DNA of 63,894 nucleotides, filler included, from Octopus bimaculoides (lineage: Eukaryota), in NCBI RefSeq assembly GCF_001194135.2. It is 6 parts of 6 records of this genome, joined end to end, with 100 filler letters (N's around TTAATTAATTAA, not from the genome) between each part and the next. Parts side by side here need not be neighbours in the genome. Positions count along the whole stretch, not along the records: positions 12,840 to 38,871 come from NC_069004.1; 5 more parts are not named here. One strand, given 5' to 3'. Both the position numbers and the translations under genes were made by a program. How positions within the stretch are numbered: the first letter of the stretch is position 1; every line of letters begins with the position of its first letter. Below are positions 24,192 through 36,597 of the stretch, piece after piece. The notes beneath the pieces were generated by a model that was not told the DNA's origin, searched no databases, and worked only from the letters and a program-made list of their open reading frames with translations.

Positions 24192-24355
24192 AGGTGCAAG
24201 CGCGTCAGTGTGGTTAGGAAGCTCGCGTTGCAAACATGTTTTTGCGAGTTCAATCTCTCTGCACGTAACTTGGGACAGTGTCTTCTACCATAACCTCGAG
24301 CCGCCCGCAGCAATGTCAGCGGATTAGTAAACGGAAACTGAAAGAACCACGTCGT
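24192..24355 (+). mobile_element. SINE family B head, running into (TA)n, a gap and (GT)n
   Basis: gtgtggttaggaagctcgc...cagtgtcttctaccataacctcgagccg...acggaaactgaaagaaccacgtcgtatata. Confidence 0.75.
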
Positions 24356-25375
24356 ATATATATATANNNNNNNNNNNNNNNNNNNNNNNNNNNNNNNNNN
24401 NNNNNNNNNNNNNNNNNNNNNNNNNNNNNNNNNNNNNNNNNNNNNNNNNNNNNNNNNNNNNNNNNNNNNNNNNNNNNNNNNNNNNNNNNNNNNNNNNNNN
24501 NNNNNNNNNNNGTGTGTGTATGTGTGTGAACATATAAATATATATGTGTGTGTGTGTTTGTGTGTGCATGTGTGTGTGTATGCGTGAGTGAGTGAATGTG
24601 TGTATGTATATGTATATATGTGTGCAAAGGCAAAGTGGTTGTGTGTTTTACATGATTCCGTTTCCGTTTATGTATGCATGGGTGTATACATATATTTGTA
24701 CAAATAATATATACATTATTTAACTTTTATTAGCTTAAAACGCTGAAAGTTTCCAAGTTTAAAAATGCAACGTTACACGTGCACCAGATGTCAGCTATTT
24801 TCAAGTTAATACTGAAATAACTAATTTGATGATATTGATGGGGGAAAATGTGATAATTAATTATACTTTGACATATTTAAAGGTCTTTCCATAGGCATAC
24901 ACACACACAGACAAACGCACACACACACACACACACGTACAAAGAAGACAAACACACAAACACACATAACACACACACAAGGGCGTACATACACACATAC
25001 ATGCATACATACAAACATAAATACATGCAAAAACATATATAAATATATACCTACCTACCTACATACATACATACATACATACATACATACATACACGCAT
25101 TCGCACTTACGAATACACTCTCAAAGACACACACACTTTCGCAGCTTTATACATACCCAGAGACACAATTTGATTTTAAACTGGCTTAAATTGCTCAATT
25201 ATTTTACGGGCGTTTGGAGATGAGAGTACACAACTGCGAATTAACCAATTAAAAACAAACTGATGAGATTACATCGGTTTATTTTAGCCTTAATTGAATC
25301 TTGAATCAGTAACCAATGTTTCAGATGTGTGGGACTCATTAGTCTGCCATGATTGTTGTAGCTGATGACGACGAC

Positions 25376-25410
<35 letters not shown>

Positions 25411-25550
25411 TGGCGGTGGCGGTAGTGATGATAAGGATGTTGCTCATGGTGGTGTTTTGTGAGGGACGCTGCTGCTTATGAAGATGGTAATTATAGTGTA
25501 CCTTGTAGGTAGAATTTGATTGAGAGAAAACATGACGTAGCCTAACATCG

Positions 25551-25625
<75 letters not shown>
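25551..25625. repeat. (ATCT)n tetranucleotide microsatellite
   Basis: Perfect ATCT array read directly. Confidence 0.95.
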
Positions 25626-26017
25626 ATCTTTCTATTTGTCTGTCTTAATGTGTTCGTGCATTGGTACAATATATATATATATATATNNNNNNNNNNNNNN
25701 NNNNNNNNNNNNNNNNNNNNNNNNNNNNNNNNNNNNNNNNNNNNNNNNNNNNNNNNNNNNNNNNNNNNNNNNNNNNNNNNNNNNNNNNNNNNNNNNNNNN
25801 NNNNNNNNNNNNNNNNNNNNNNNNNNNNNNNNNNNNNNNNNNNNNNNNNNNNNNNNNNNNNNNNNNNNNNNNNNNNNNNNNNNNNNNNNNNNNNNNNNNN
25901 NNNNNNNNNNNNNNNNNNNAAAAGTAGGGAAATATCCTTATGTCTTAACAGTTTTTCAAGCCGATTACATGGAGAAAGGTGTTCGCCTCCATTTTGGAAA
26001 CACATGCATACATATAG

Positions 26018-26101
<84 letters not shown>

Positions 26102-26189
26102 CTATCTATCTATCTCTATATATATATGTATATATCTATATATACACGTATATCTATAAATATAAATAATATATATATACAAATGTATG

Positions 26190-26228
<39 letters not shown>

Positions 26229-26886
26229 TCAGAAGCAACGGCATCACCACCACATACACCACCATCATCACTACCACCACCAACACCACCGCCATCACCA
26301 CCAACAACACCATCATCGTCGTTGTCATCGTCAACGACAACAACAACAACAACAATCATGACGAATGTGTTTTCTCTGTTTACTTCCATATTTTTTCTCT
26401 GACAAGTTGAAGATTTTTTTCATCTGCAAATATTATTTCTTCGTCGTTGCGTGATGATGGAGTGGCACTTACTGGATATCACTGCTATGAGACGAAGTAT
26501 TTTCTCATCTATTTCCTGAGACACCACATGAATGGATTCGGCCTTCCATTCTCAGCGCTTTGACCGATGATGTCGAAGAAGCTACGTCTCGGTTTTTCTG
26601 CTTGCTGTTCAGTTAGTCTTTATAATTTATTTACTGAACTCTTTAGACTTTGTAGTTGGGGTAGTTACGATCAAAACGTTGCTTCTTTATATTTTGCTGG
26701 CAGTTTACAGACGTAAATTTGCGATGATGTGTGGTGAAGGTAGGGAAAGAAATCCCTTAAAACTCATCAATTTAGTTAAAAATGGCGAAGACAAGTTGTT
26801 AAAATATATATGCATATATACATACACACACACACACACACACATATATATAAAGGTATATAATTCAAATTTGCAGAAAACCAAAT

Positions 26887-27010
26887 GACGAAGACAGGTG
26901 TAGGAATAGCAAGTAGGTGTATTAGTTTCACGTTCGGGAAAAATGGAAAAGTCTTTTACGTTTCGAGACTACGCTTTTCGACAGAAAGGAATAAGGGGGG
27001 GAAAATGGAA
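26887..27010 (-). repeat. Penelope-type terminal repeat with a decayed minimal hammerhead (26953-26988)
   Basis: CTTT-CTGTCGA-A-AAGC-GTAG-TCTC-GAAAC-GT-A-AAAG; homologous to 15257-15390. Confidence 0.6.
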
Positions 27011-27099
27011 AGAGAATGAAAAACAAAACGGAGTGAGAAAAACTCTGTAGAGTTCAACCATCCAACATGTCGAAATGACTGGAAAAAAGAGGATGAATG

Positions 27100-27137
<38 letters not shown>

Positions 27138-27728
27138 ATATATATGTATATATTTCCCCGTTCGGGTTTAGTGCTGAACTTATTGTTTGTTGAATTCGGA
27201 AGTTTTGATTCGATGAAAATGATCGTTTAACTCTGCATTGGTGGATATAATTTCTTTATATTTGAATTAAGTCCACCATTGGTTTCATGTTACGAAAAGT
27301 AGGAAAATATCGTAGTGTCTTAACAGATTTTCAAGCCGAATAGAAATATGTTTCAGCTATGTCATTATTTCGGGTTTTTCCATGGTTTGTTTTGATTCTC
27401 TGTTCGTGTTTAGTGCTTAACCATTGTTTGTTGACGTCATGTATGTGGATCGCCTGAAGAGTTATCCTGTCAGCCTCTACAGGCACAAACCACACGCTGG
27501 TTAATTATTTTGCAACACAATGAATAAAGAAATAAAATCTTACTCTTTGTGCTTCGGCATTGAGCACTTTTATCTCATGTTTGCTAATGTAAACACACGT
27601 CTGCACACACACACACACACACACAAATGCACACCTACTAACACACACATACACACATACACACATACACTCCCACACACTCAAATACACACATACACAC
27701 AAATGTGTTGAGTATGAGTATACATATG

Positions 27729-27765
<37 letters not shown>

Positions 27766-28242
27766 CAATGTGAGTGTGATTGGTTGATTGATCTTATGAG
27801 TAAATATCTGAAGCAAATTAAATTAGACAACTGTAAATAGTTCGGAAAGAGAATGGAGATCGTGTTGCAAGTATGTGAGTAAATGTGTGTGTGTGTTTGT
27901 ATGCGCGCTTGCGTGTGTGCATGCGTGTGCGAATATTATTATCTCGTGTATATCTACGTGTGGGCATTATCTCTCCTTATATACATATATNNNNNNNNNN
28001 NNNNNNNNNNNNNNNNNNNNNNNNNNNNNNNNNNNNNNNNNNNNNNNNNNNNNNNNNNNNNNNNNNNNNNNNNNNNATACATACACATATTCAGACATAT
28101 ATATGCGTATATATATATGACTGAAACAAGACAAAGAATAGAAGATATACATACGCGCACACGCACGCACTCACTCACACACACGTGAGCGCGCGCATAT
28201 ATATTCACATGCAAATGAAAAAAAAATGTAAGTATTTAATGT

Positions 28243-28589
28243 GGAGGTGCAATGGTCCCGTGGTTAGGGCAGCGGACTCGCGGATCGCGGTTTCGATTCC
28301 CAGACCAGGCGTTGTGAGTGTTTATTGAGTGAGAACACCTAAAGCTCCACGAAGCTCCGGCAGGGGATGCTGGCGAACCCTGCTGTACTCTTTCACCACA
28401 ACGTTCTCTCTCTCTTTCAAAGGGTCAGCCTTGTCACACTGTGTCACACTGAATATCCCCGAGAACTACGTTAAGGGTACACGTGTCTGTGGAGTCCTCA
28501 GCCACTTGCACGTTAATTTCACGAGCAGGCTGTTCCGGTGATCGGATCAGCTGGAACCCTCGTCGTCGTTACCGACGGAGTACCACAAC
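28243..28589 (+). mobile_element. SINE family C (tRNA-derived), with an internal deletion relative to the 48899 copy
   Basis: ggaggtgcaatggtcccgtggttagggcagcggactcg...ggtttcgattcccagacc...gaactacgttaagggtacacgtgtctgtggag...cgacggagtaccacaac. Confidence 0.9.
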
Positions 28590-29274
28590 GTATTTACAGA
28601 CAGTTTGCTTCGGCTCCATATTAGTGGAAATCCTGCTGGCGTGGAGCCCGTCCACTTCGTCAGATGTTCGGGAGCAATATGGAGGTTTTAAAAGAAATTC
28701 AAAAGTAACTTTTAGGAGTTTTAGGACTCTATCGCTCAGCTCAAGTTAGTTAGACTACTCTCGACCCTCAGCAGATATCTGACGAGGTGGACGTGTCCTA
28801 CATCTCACTGCTTGACCGTCGGGTGCTCGTAAGCACGCCTAATTCTTCTGCTTGCAGGTAATTGAGTCTGGTCACCGATGCGAAGATATAATCTCCTCCT
28901 CCTCCTCCTCCTCCTCCCTCTTGTCTTACATCATCTCCACAGATTCCACCTGATCCGCGTTATAAACATTATCATTGATTAATAGTCTCAGCACCACCAT
29001 GAATAAATATTTACAGTCTGCTTTCGTATTTACTGCCTGCGCGTATACGCACACACACACACATTCACACGCACTTTCATACGCACACACACGCACACGC
29101 ACCCGGTTCTCTCTCACACATACTCCCAGATACATATATGTCCAGTGGGCGACTCGGATTCATTGATCTAATGGTCAAACACCTAAACTAAATTACATTA
29201 GACAACTGTAAACAGTTCAGAAGAGGAATCGAGATCGTGCTGCAGACATTGAACATATGTGACTGTGAGAGTAC

Positions 29275-29311
<37 letters not shown>

Positions 29312-29371
29312 TACACACACACACACAGATACACAGACACACGCACAGACACGCAGACACACAGAGACAGA

Positions 29372-29439
<68 letters not shown>

Positions 29440-29570
29440 TGCACACACACACAGATACACAGACACATACACAGGCACACACACAAACACACTCACACAC
29501 GCACACACACACACAAACACAGGCGCACAGAAAAACACGAAGACATGCACATCCACACACTCAGAAACAG
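29275..29570. repeat. Compound (CA)n/(CAGA)n microsatellite
   Basis: Read directly; it generates the His/Thr and Cys/Val ORFs in the track. Confidence 0.95.
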
Positions 29571-30774
29571 ACATAAAAAAAACACACATATATACGTACA
29601 TCCGTTTTGTGTCCATGTAGCTATGAGGTCTATCCTGTTATAGTTTGATTTCTGTGTAGAGATTTACATCCATGTTTAATTTTATACCAAAACAAGCTTG
29701 TTTACATGTAAATGTATTCATTTATGTCTGTTGATTTGTAGATTCCAATATGAATTTATGTATGTAATATACGTTTCAGTATATCTTTGCATATATATGC
29801 ATATATATAGTCTCGTGTTTGTATGTGTGTGTGTTCGAAAGAGTATAGATAAATACTTAATATATACACAAGTTCTATATTATATAGTATATTTTATATA
29901 TGGAGGAATTTCAACCACGTTTCGTTGTTCGCTACCTCAATATATAACATATACTATATGATATAGAACTTATGTATATATTAAGTATTTATCTATACTC
30001 TTTCGAACACACACACACACAAACACGAGACTATATATATGCATTTATACACATTCCTACGGGCATTTTTTGTAAGTGTATATAAGTGTATATATGTATG
30101 TAAATATTTATGTGTCTACGTCTCTGTGTGCTTGTTTCAGTGTGACTGTATGTGTTTGTCTCTATGTGTATGTCTACAATACGTGACTGTATGTGCCTGT
30201 ATTCCAATGTATACTTCGTCAATGTCAAAGTACGAGTATGAACCATGTTTGTGTGCGAGTGCGTCGGCGTGTATGTACGTGTGTATATGTGTATTTCTGC
30301 GTTTATGTTAGTGATTATGCGCGTGTAAGTAACTCTTTGCAAGCATTCGCTTGTTTCAATTAAAGTAATTCAACTCTGCTCTCCATTAATTTGAAATCAA
30401 TTGTTAATCTTGCACCAACCCGCCATCTTCTTCCCCCACAATAAACCGCCACCACCAACAACACCACCTTCAGCACCACCATCGCGTACATTCTCACTGT
30501 TTCCTATTAAACCATCATCGCCCAATCTCTTCTTCCTTCGCCGCCATTTAACCTTTCTTTATTTCATTCTCTTTATTTCTTTCCTCCACCCTCCACCCTC
30601 CAACCACCCTCTGTCTCAAAACTTTGATGATAAAGTTTTTTTCTGCGAAGTTTTTCAATTAATTACACAGAAACAGAACACAACTTTACCTAGGTATCTC
30701 TATGTATATGTGCGTCCACATAACCTGTCTCTGAAAGCATAACCGTTTACGTGGAAATGTAATGTTGTCTGCAT

Positions 30775-30966
30775 ATTCTTTTATTCTTTTATTCTTTTAT
30801 TCTTTCACTTGTCTCAGTCATTTGACTGCGGTCATGGCGGAGAAAATCGACCCCAGTACCTATCCTTTGTGTGCCTAGTACTTATTCTATCGTTTCCCTT
30901 TGCCGAACCGCTAAGTTACGAGGACGTAAACACACCAGCATCGTTTGTCAAGTGGGGAGGACAAAC
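30775..30966 (-). mobile_element. SINE family B 3' half
   Basis: Minus strand ...gtgtttacgtcctcgtaacttagcggttcggcaaa...cgatagaataagtactagg...ggggtcgatt...gcagtcaaatgactgagacaagtg(aaagaata)n. Confidence 0.85.
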
Positions 30967-30969
30967 GTT

Positions 30970-31647
30970 CAGCGTTTTGAAGTGCGCTCGATACTCTTTC
31001 TGCGAAACACCTTTTCTTGACCGAATAATCACTTGTGACGAAAAGTGGATCTTTTATGATAACCGTAAACGATCAGGTCAATGGCTTGACCATGATGAGT
31101 CCCCCAAACATTTCCCAAAGCCAAAGTTGCATCAGCAAAAGATTATGGTGACTGTCTGGTGGTCTGCAATTGGTGTTGTCCATTACAGCTTTCTGGAATC
31201 CAATCAGAGCATTACGGCAGAGGTTTACTGCAATCAATTCGCTTAAATGCATGCTCACTTGCAAAAACTGAGACCTTCAAAGCCAAATGTTGCAAGAATC
31301 ACGCTGCAGGAACTCACAGACTTGGGAGACGAGACTCTACCACATCCGCCATATTCTCCTGACCTTTCACCCACTGACTACCATTTTTTCAAACCATTTA
31401 AACACGTTTTTAAGTGATAAAACTTCCAGGTCCAAACCAGAGGTTGAATCAGCTTTCAAAGATTTCTTAACATCAAAGCCAATAAGTTTTTTTTTATCAA
31501 CGAGGCATAAATAATCTCGTTGATGGATGACCGGGATGCAGAGATGTTCACGGCTCATTCTTTGACTCATCAAAACATTTCTGTTGTTAATTTTTACAGA
31601 ATAAAATTATGTTTCTGAAATCGGCCATTACCTTCGGAACCACCTAA
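30970..31647 (+). mobile_element. Mariner (DD34D) element, 3' half with transposase pseudogene and 3' TIR
   Basis: PFLDRIITCDEKWIFYDN...KIMVTVWWSAIGVVHYSFL...LPHPPYSPDLSPTDYHFF; internal stop at 31244-31246; terminal aaatcggccattaccttcggaaccacctaa followed by TA (31648-31649). Confidence 0.92.
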
Positions 31648-32332
31648 TATTTTCGAACAAGAATTCTAACATTCTATTTGGATCACTATTCTATTTCCCT
31701 TACGTTTCATGATATAGTCTGATACCGGAAGCAAATGGAAAATAAAAGCCAAATGGAAAAATCTATTGATATCACACAATCACATATTGCTGGAAGAATA
31801 TTGTGACACCGTTACTGAATATATTTACAGAACGTTAATTTGGATTCTTCGAGAATAACTGTCACTGTCACACGTCGTATTCTTCTTCCTTTTCCTTGCC
31901 CTTGTTTTAATGTATTGTGATTCAAGGATGGTAAACCCTCTGACCTTGTTAATATTCACCTTGTAGCAATCGTGCTTTCCTTTCACTATCCTTATGATGT
32001 ACGATGAGTGGAAAACGAAATGTTGAGTGTAGAGATATATTTAGGCATATTTAGATCTGGTATTTACATCTTTTTTTTTTAAAAAGAAAAGAAAAAGAAA
32101 CATGCCGCTCCTGGCAGTATTTTCCAGTGTAAAATGAGAAAGAATGAAAAAAAGAAAAAAAAAGATGAAGAAAGTTAAAAATGCAAAAAGACACAAAGAA
32201 ATAAAATATTTAAAAAATGCAATTAGGCTCAGGCATGGCTGTGTGGCTAAAGGCTTTTGTAACATCGTGATTCCGGGTTCCGTCTCACTGCACGGCATCT
32301 TGAGTAGGCGTTTTCTGCTACTGACCCGGAAA

Positions 32333-32504
32333 TGACTAATGTCTTGAACTGCTGCCATGCTGGGGTACTGCCTTGAACAGTTCACTCTATTAAAGAGACT
32401 CCTCTCCGCAGTACTTATTCTATCGATCTCTTTTGCGAAATCTCTAAGTTACTGAGATGTAAATAAACTCAGCAACGGTTCTCAGGCAGTTGGGGACATA
32501 TACA

Positions 32505-32542
<38 letters not shown>

Positions 32543-32618
32543 NNNNNNNNNNNNNNNNNNNNNNNNNNNNNNNNNNNNNNNNNNNNNNNNNNNNNNNNNN
32601 NNNNNNNNNNNNNNNNNN

Positions 32619-32691
<73 letters not shown>

Positions 32692-32826
32692 CAATGGGCT
32701 TCCACACAGTTATTGGACGGCTCGGAGCTATTAGTAGAAGGCACTTATCCAAGGTGCCGCGCTGTGGAATTAATCCTGGAATTGCGAAGCTGCAAAGCAC
32801 GAGCTTCTTTACCATACAGCCATTCC
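32333..32826 (-). mobile_element. SINE family B with internal (CA)n/(TA)n and a gap
   Basis: Tail (ctgccatgctgggg...gtacttattctatcgatctcttttgcg) and head (ggcacttatccaaggtgccgcgctgtgg...gcttctttaccatacagccat). A plus-strand head fragment at 32231-32320 abuts it. Confidence 0.75.
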
Positions 32827-32884
32827 AATTTCGTTGGGCTTCTTTTATCATAGATATTTAAGACACAGTTTGAGATATGAATTC

Positions 32885-33215
32885 ATGGAAAAGAAACTTC
32901 TGGAATTCCAACAGAACGGTAATTTTGCAAGTTATGAGTTTTTGCTAAGACGAAAATTTGTGTGATACCTTCGATTTGGATGCGCAACTCATAGAAAAGT
33001 TATTCCAGATGCTGTTTTTCGATCACTGATTGTATTTCCACTTATACGGCTTTGTGAATCAACAACATCAGTGTTGTAGAAGATTAAGCGAAAAACAGAT
33101 CAAATCTCAAAATACACGAACACCATCCTCATTATGCAGTGACTAAAGTTTCTCCGCGAATTAATGGAACTGTTGCTGAAAAGTAGCTCAAACGTCTCAC
33201 AAAGTCTGACTTAAT
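32885..33215 (+). mobile_element. hAT transposase C-terminal (dimerisation domain) relic
   Basis: DAVFRSLIVFPLIRLCESTTSVL*KIK...EHHPHYAVTKVSPRI...VAEK*L resembles the Buster/Charlie pattern FPxTYLCExxFS...SPRI..LV.EKQ.QxSH. Confidence 0.6.
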
Positions 33216-33274
33216 CGAAGAATTAATCACAGAATATCTTATGAAACTGGAAGAGGGATTTAAAGAAAATTCAT

Positions 33275-33546
33275 GAAGGCGCATGCGTGGCTATGTGGTG
33301 AGAAGCTTGCTTCCCAACCACATGGTTATGGGTTCAGTCCCACTGCGTGACACCTTCGGAAGGTGTCTTCTACTATAACCTCGTCGAGCCGACTAAAGCC
33401 TTGTGAGTGGATTTGGTAGGCGGAAACTGAAAGAAGACCGTCATACATATGTGTGTATATATCTATGCGTGTGTGTCTTTGTGTGAGTGTGTGTCTGTAT
33501 CCTACCATCACTGCATCACAACCGGTGTTGATGTTTTTACGCCCCC
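33275..33546 (+). mobile_element. SINE family B, 3'-truncated, with internal microsatellite
   Basis: gtggtgagaagcttgcttcccaaccacatggttatgggttcagtcccactgcg...aagccttgtgagtggatttggtaggcggaaactgaaagaagaccgtc-(TA/TG)n-...tttacgcccc. Confidence 0.88.
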
Positions 33547-33549
33547 TTA

Positions 33550-33696
33550 CATCGGGCAAAATGCAAAATGCTTAGCCGCATTTAATGTTCTGAGTTCAAA
33601 TTCCGCTGAGGTCGACTTTGTCTTTCATTCTTTAAGGGTCGATAAAATAAGTACTAGTTGAGTACTGAGATCGATGTAATTGACTGATCCTCTCCT
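33550..33696 (+). mobile_element. SINE family A, partial
   Basis: gttctgagttcaaattccgctgaggtcgactttgtctttc...gtcgataaaataagtactagttgagtactg. Confidence 0.85.
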
Positions 33697-33789
33697 GGTC
33701 ATCTGCTAAAAGTTGAAACCAATACAGATCATGTTTTTTCCTAGAAGCTTTAGATTAATTTTATAAAAAAGATCTTATCTTGTAGAAAA

Positions 33790-34620
33790 TGATAATTTCT
33801 TAATTATCTGCCGTTGATTATTGAGTACTCACATCGAAGAAATATTTCCCTACATTGTCAAATAATTCTAAAGACAATTGTCCTTGTAAAGTCACCGTAT
33901 TTGTGTATTAAGGAGTGATTTGTCAAAAGTCTTTTTCTTCTGGGTTTTTTTTCCTCTCTTTTGGTGCATAATTGTTGAGATATTCAATCATATTTTCTTG
34001 AATTTTTAGTCGTATTGATTGTCATGGCTGTCATTTGGAACGATTGATGTAGGTCGGGGCAGAAATGTTTTTGCAACAAGACGAAGCTTATGAATTATGC
34101 AGTGCGTCGTAGTCACATTGAACAGTTCTTTTGCAATATAATATGAAATTCCGATATCGACCAATCATACTGGTAGCGCGCCATACATTTCACAAGAAAT
34201 AATATCAACGGAGATATTGTATTCAAATAAAATGCACAAAACTTGAGATAATTAAAAGATAGAATCACTCATTGTTTTTGTCTCCGGTTTTCAGTAAAAA
34301 GCAATTCCTCTTGAAACGCATCATTATCAAAATACCTTACAGATGCCATTAGTAAGATGACACTATTACCGACGGTAGAGTCATTCAGATGTTTCGATAA
34401 ATTTCCGTTCACGAAGCTTTTCAATTAACCGACCTTACATGTAAACCCGCCATTCTATCGATCCAACTTTTGATGGTTTTAGCACGCGGCTACACACAGT
34501 TTGTTGCTTTTTGGCGATCAGTACTGATATATATCATTACGCTAAAAGTACATAGGCTGATGTTGGCAAAATGGCCGCAATTGTGTCTCTTTTTCCAAAT
34601 ATTTCATTGACGATCCTAAA
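33790..34620 (-). mobile_element. hAT (Buster/Charlie-like) transposase pseudogene
   Basis: LNDSTVGNSVILLMASVRYFDNDAFQEELLF (DES motif region), ISC..YGA, THCIIHKLRLVAK (CxxH, 34090-34104) and LLNTQIR*LYKDNCL (TEVRWL motif), with multiple stops and frameshifts. Confidence 0.8.
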
Positions 34621-35111
34621 ATAGTCAACCTGCTTCAGTTTATANNNNNNNNNNNNNNNNNNNNNNNNNNNNNNNNNNNNNNNNNNNNNNNNNNNNNNNN
34701 NNNNNNNNNNNNNNNNNNNNNNNNNNNNNNNNNNNNNNNNNNNNNNNNNNNNNNNNNNNNNNNNNNNNNNNNNNNNNNNNNNNNNNNNNNNNNNNNNNNN
34801 NNNNNNNNNNNNNNNNNNNNNNNNNNNNNNNNNNNNNNNNNNNNNNNNNNNNNNNNNNNNNNNNNNNNNNNNNNNNNNNNNNNNNNNNNNNNNNNNNNNN
34901 NNNNNNNNNNNNNNNNNNNNNNNNNNNNNNNNNNNNNNNNNNNNNNNNNNNNNNNNNNNNNNNNNNNNNNNNNNNNNNNNNNNNNNNNNNNNNNNNNNNN
35001 NNNNNNNNNNNNNNNNNNNNNNNNNNNNNNNNNNNNNNNNNNNNNNNNNNNNNNNNNNNNNNNNNNNNNNNNNNNNNNNNNNNNNNNNNNNNNNNNNNNN
35101 NNNNNNNNNNN

Positions 35112-35145
<34 letters not shown>

Positions 35146-35148
<3 letters not shown>

Positions 35149-35209
35149 CGCAGGCGTGTGGTAAGTAGCTTGACAACCGATGGTGGCGTGTCTACGGCCC
35201 CGTAACTTA
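35146..35209 (+). repeat. 64-bp SINE-B deletion derivative; exact inverted copy of 36534-36597
   Basis: aagcgcaggcgtgtggtaagtagcttgacaaccgatggtggcgtgtctacggccccgtaactta. Confidence 0.9.
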
Positions 35210-35229
35210 TATATATATATATATATATA

Positions 35230-35460
35230 CGATGAATTTCGGTTAAGATCAGCCTGTTGAATTTTAGTAAGGTCACGTCGTGAACTTTAGATCATGCCAC
35301 GTTGTGAACTTCAGTTAACGTCAGGCAATAAATCTCGGCAAAGGTCATGTAGTGAATGTTCGTTAAGATCATGCTGTGAATCTTCGTTAATGTCAGACAT
35401 TGAAACTTGGTTAATGCCATAAAGTGAATCTTGGTTAATGTCACGCAGTGAATCTTGTAT
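35230..35460. repeat. Degenerate ~24-bp minisatellite (about GTGAATCTTCGTTAAGGTCATGTA, ~9 copies)
   Basis: Recurrent (g)tgaa(t/c)...gttaa(g/t)gtca; the minus-strand ORF 35292-35585 shows 8-aa periodicity (LTKIHxMx). Confidence 0.75.
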
Positions 35461-35462
35461 CG

Positions 35463-35705
35463 TTTACTTACTTCAGTCAATGAAATGCGGCCGTGCTGGA
35501 GCGCTGCTTGAAAATTTTTTTGTCGAACAAATCGACGCCTGTAGAAAAATATCTCTTTTGATGAATTACGTAAACAAACCAACACCGATTGTCAAGTGGG
35601 GGAGGACACACAAAGTCACACAGACGCATATTTATATGTACGACGGGCTTCTTTCAGTTTCCTTCTACTAAATCCACTCACAAGGCTTTGGTCAGCTCAT
35701 AACCT
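35463..35705 (-). mobile_element. SINE family B, partial
   Basis: cagtcaatgaaatgcggccgtgctggagc...aacaccgattgtcaag...cgacgggcttctttcagtttcc...aatccactcacaaggctttggtc. Confidence 0.8.
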
Positions 35706-35803
35706 CCTAAGAACTGCTACAACTCAGCAGAACTGTGTGTATGTGTGTCTGTGTATGTTGATGTCTGTGTATGTTGATGTCTGTGTTAATATTGCTCAAT
35801 GCT

Positions 35804-36026
35804 AAGGCGGCGAACTGGCAGAAAGGTTAGCACGCCGAGCAAAATGTTTCGCGGTATTTCGCCCGTCTTTACAATTCAAATTCTGAATTCAAATTCCGCC
35901 GAGGTCGACTTTGCCTTTCATCCTTTCGGGGTCAATAAATTAAGTACCATTTGCGTACTGGGGTCGATCTAATTGACTGGCCCCTCCCCCCAAATTTCGG
36001 GCCTTATGCCTAGAGTAGAATAGAAT
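35804..36026 (+). mobile_element. SINE family A, full length
   Basis: Collinear with the 12256 and 13006 copies. Confidence 0.9.
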
Positions 36027-36533
36027 GTTGTCCAATGCTTTCCACACAAGATCTTACCATCAAATCCTGTAATAAGTTCTGAACAGTTATAGATTTCTGA
36101 TAGTGAACTACAGCATCTGTTATTAGATAAATAAACAGCCATGAATAAAAGTGCATGTATTTTGTCAACGCTAATAGGTCACGAAACATCAACTTTTATA
36201 TCGACTTACGTTGGTATTTCAGAATGGTTTTACTTTCCTTTTGTTACGTTTTAATATATTTAGCTCAATTTTACTATGTCACGTCGCATTTGTTTTATAC
36301 CGGTGTTCAGATCGACTTTCTTACGAAGGCATTCAGCAAAACTATTTGCACACGCACACACAACACACACACACACTCGTACATACATAAACACATACGC
36401 ACACAGACACACACGTACATACATAAACACATACGCACACAGACACACAAATGTACATATACACATATGTACGTATATGGGAAAGAAATTATATCCACTA
36501 ATGCGGTGTTGAGCACTCATTTAGCTGAACCAC

Positions 36534-36597
36534 TAAGTTACGGGGCCGTAGACACGCCACCATCGGTTGTCAAGCTACTTACCACACGCCTGCGCTT
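36534..36597 (-). repeat. 64-bp SINE-B deletion derivative; inverted copy of 35146-35209
   Basis: Exact reverse complement of 35146-35209. Confidence 0.9.

Noticed and set aside
30809-31246. 145-aa ORF as a functional SETMAR-like gene
   Set aside because: Chimera of an antisense SINE tail and a mariner fragment; stops before the second catalytic Asp, which is also deleted.
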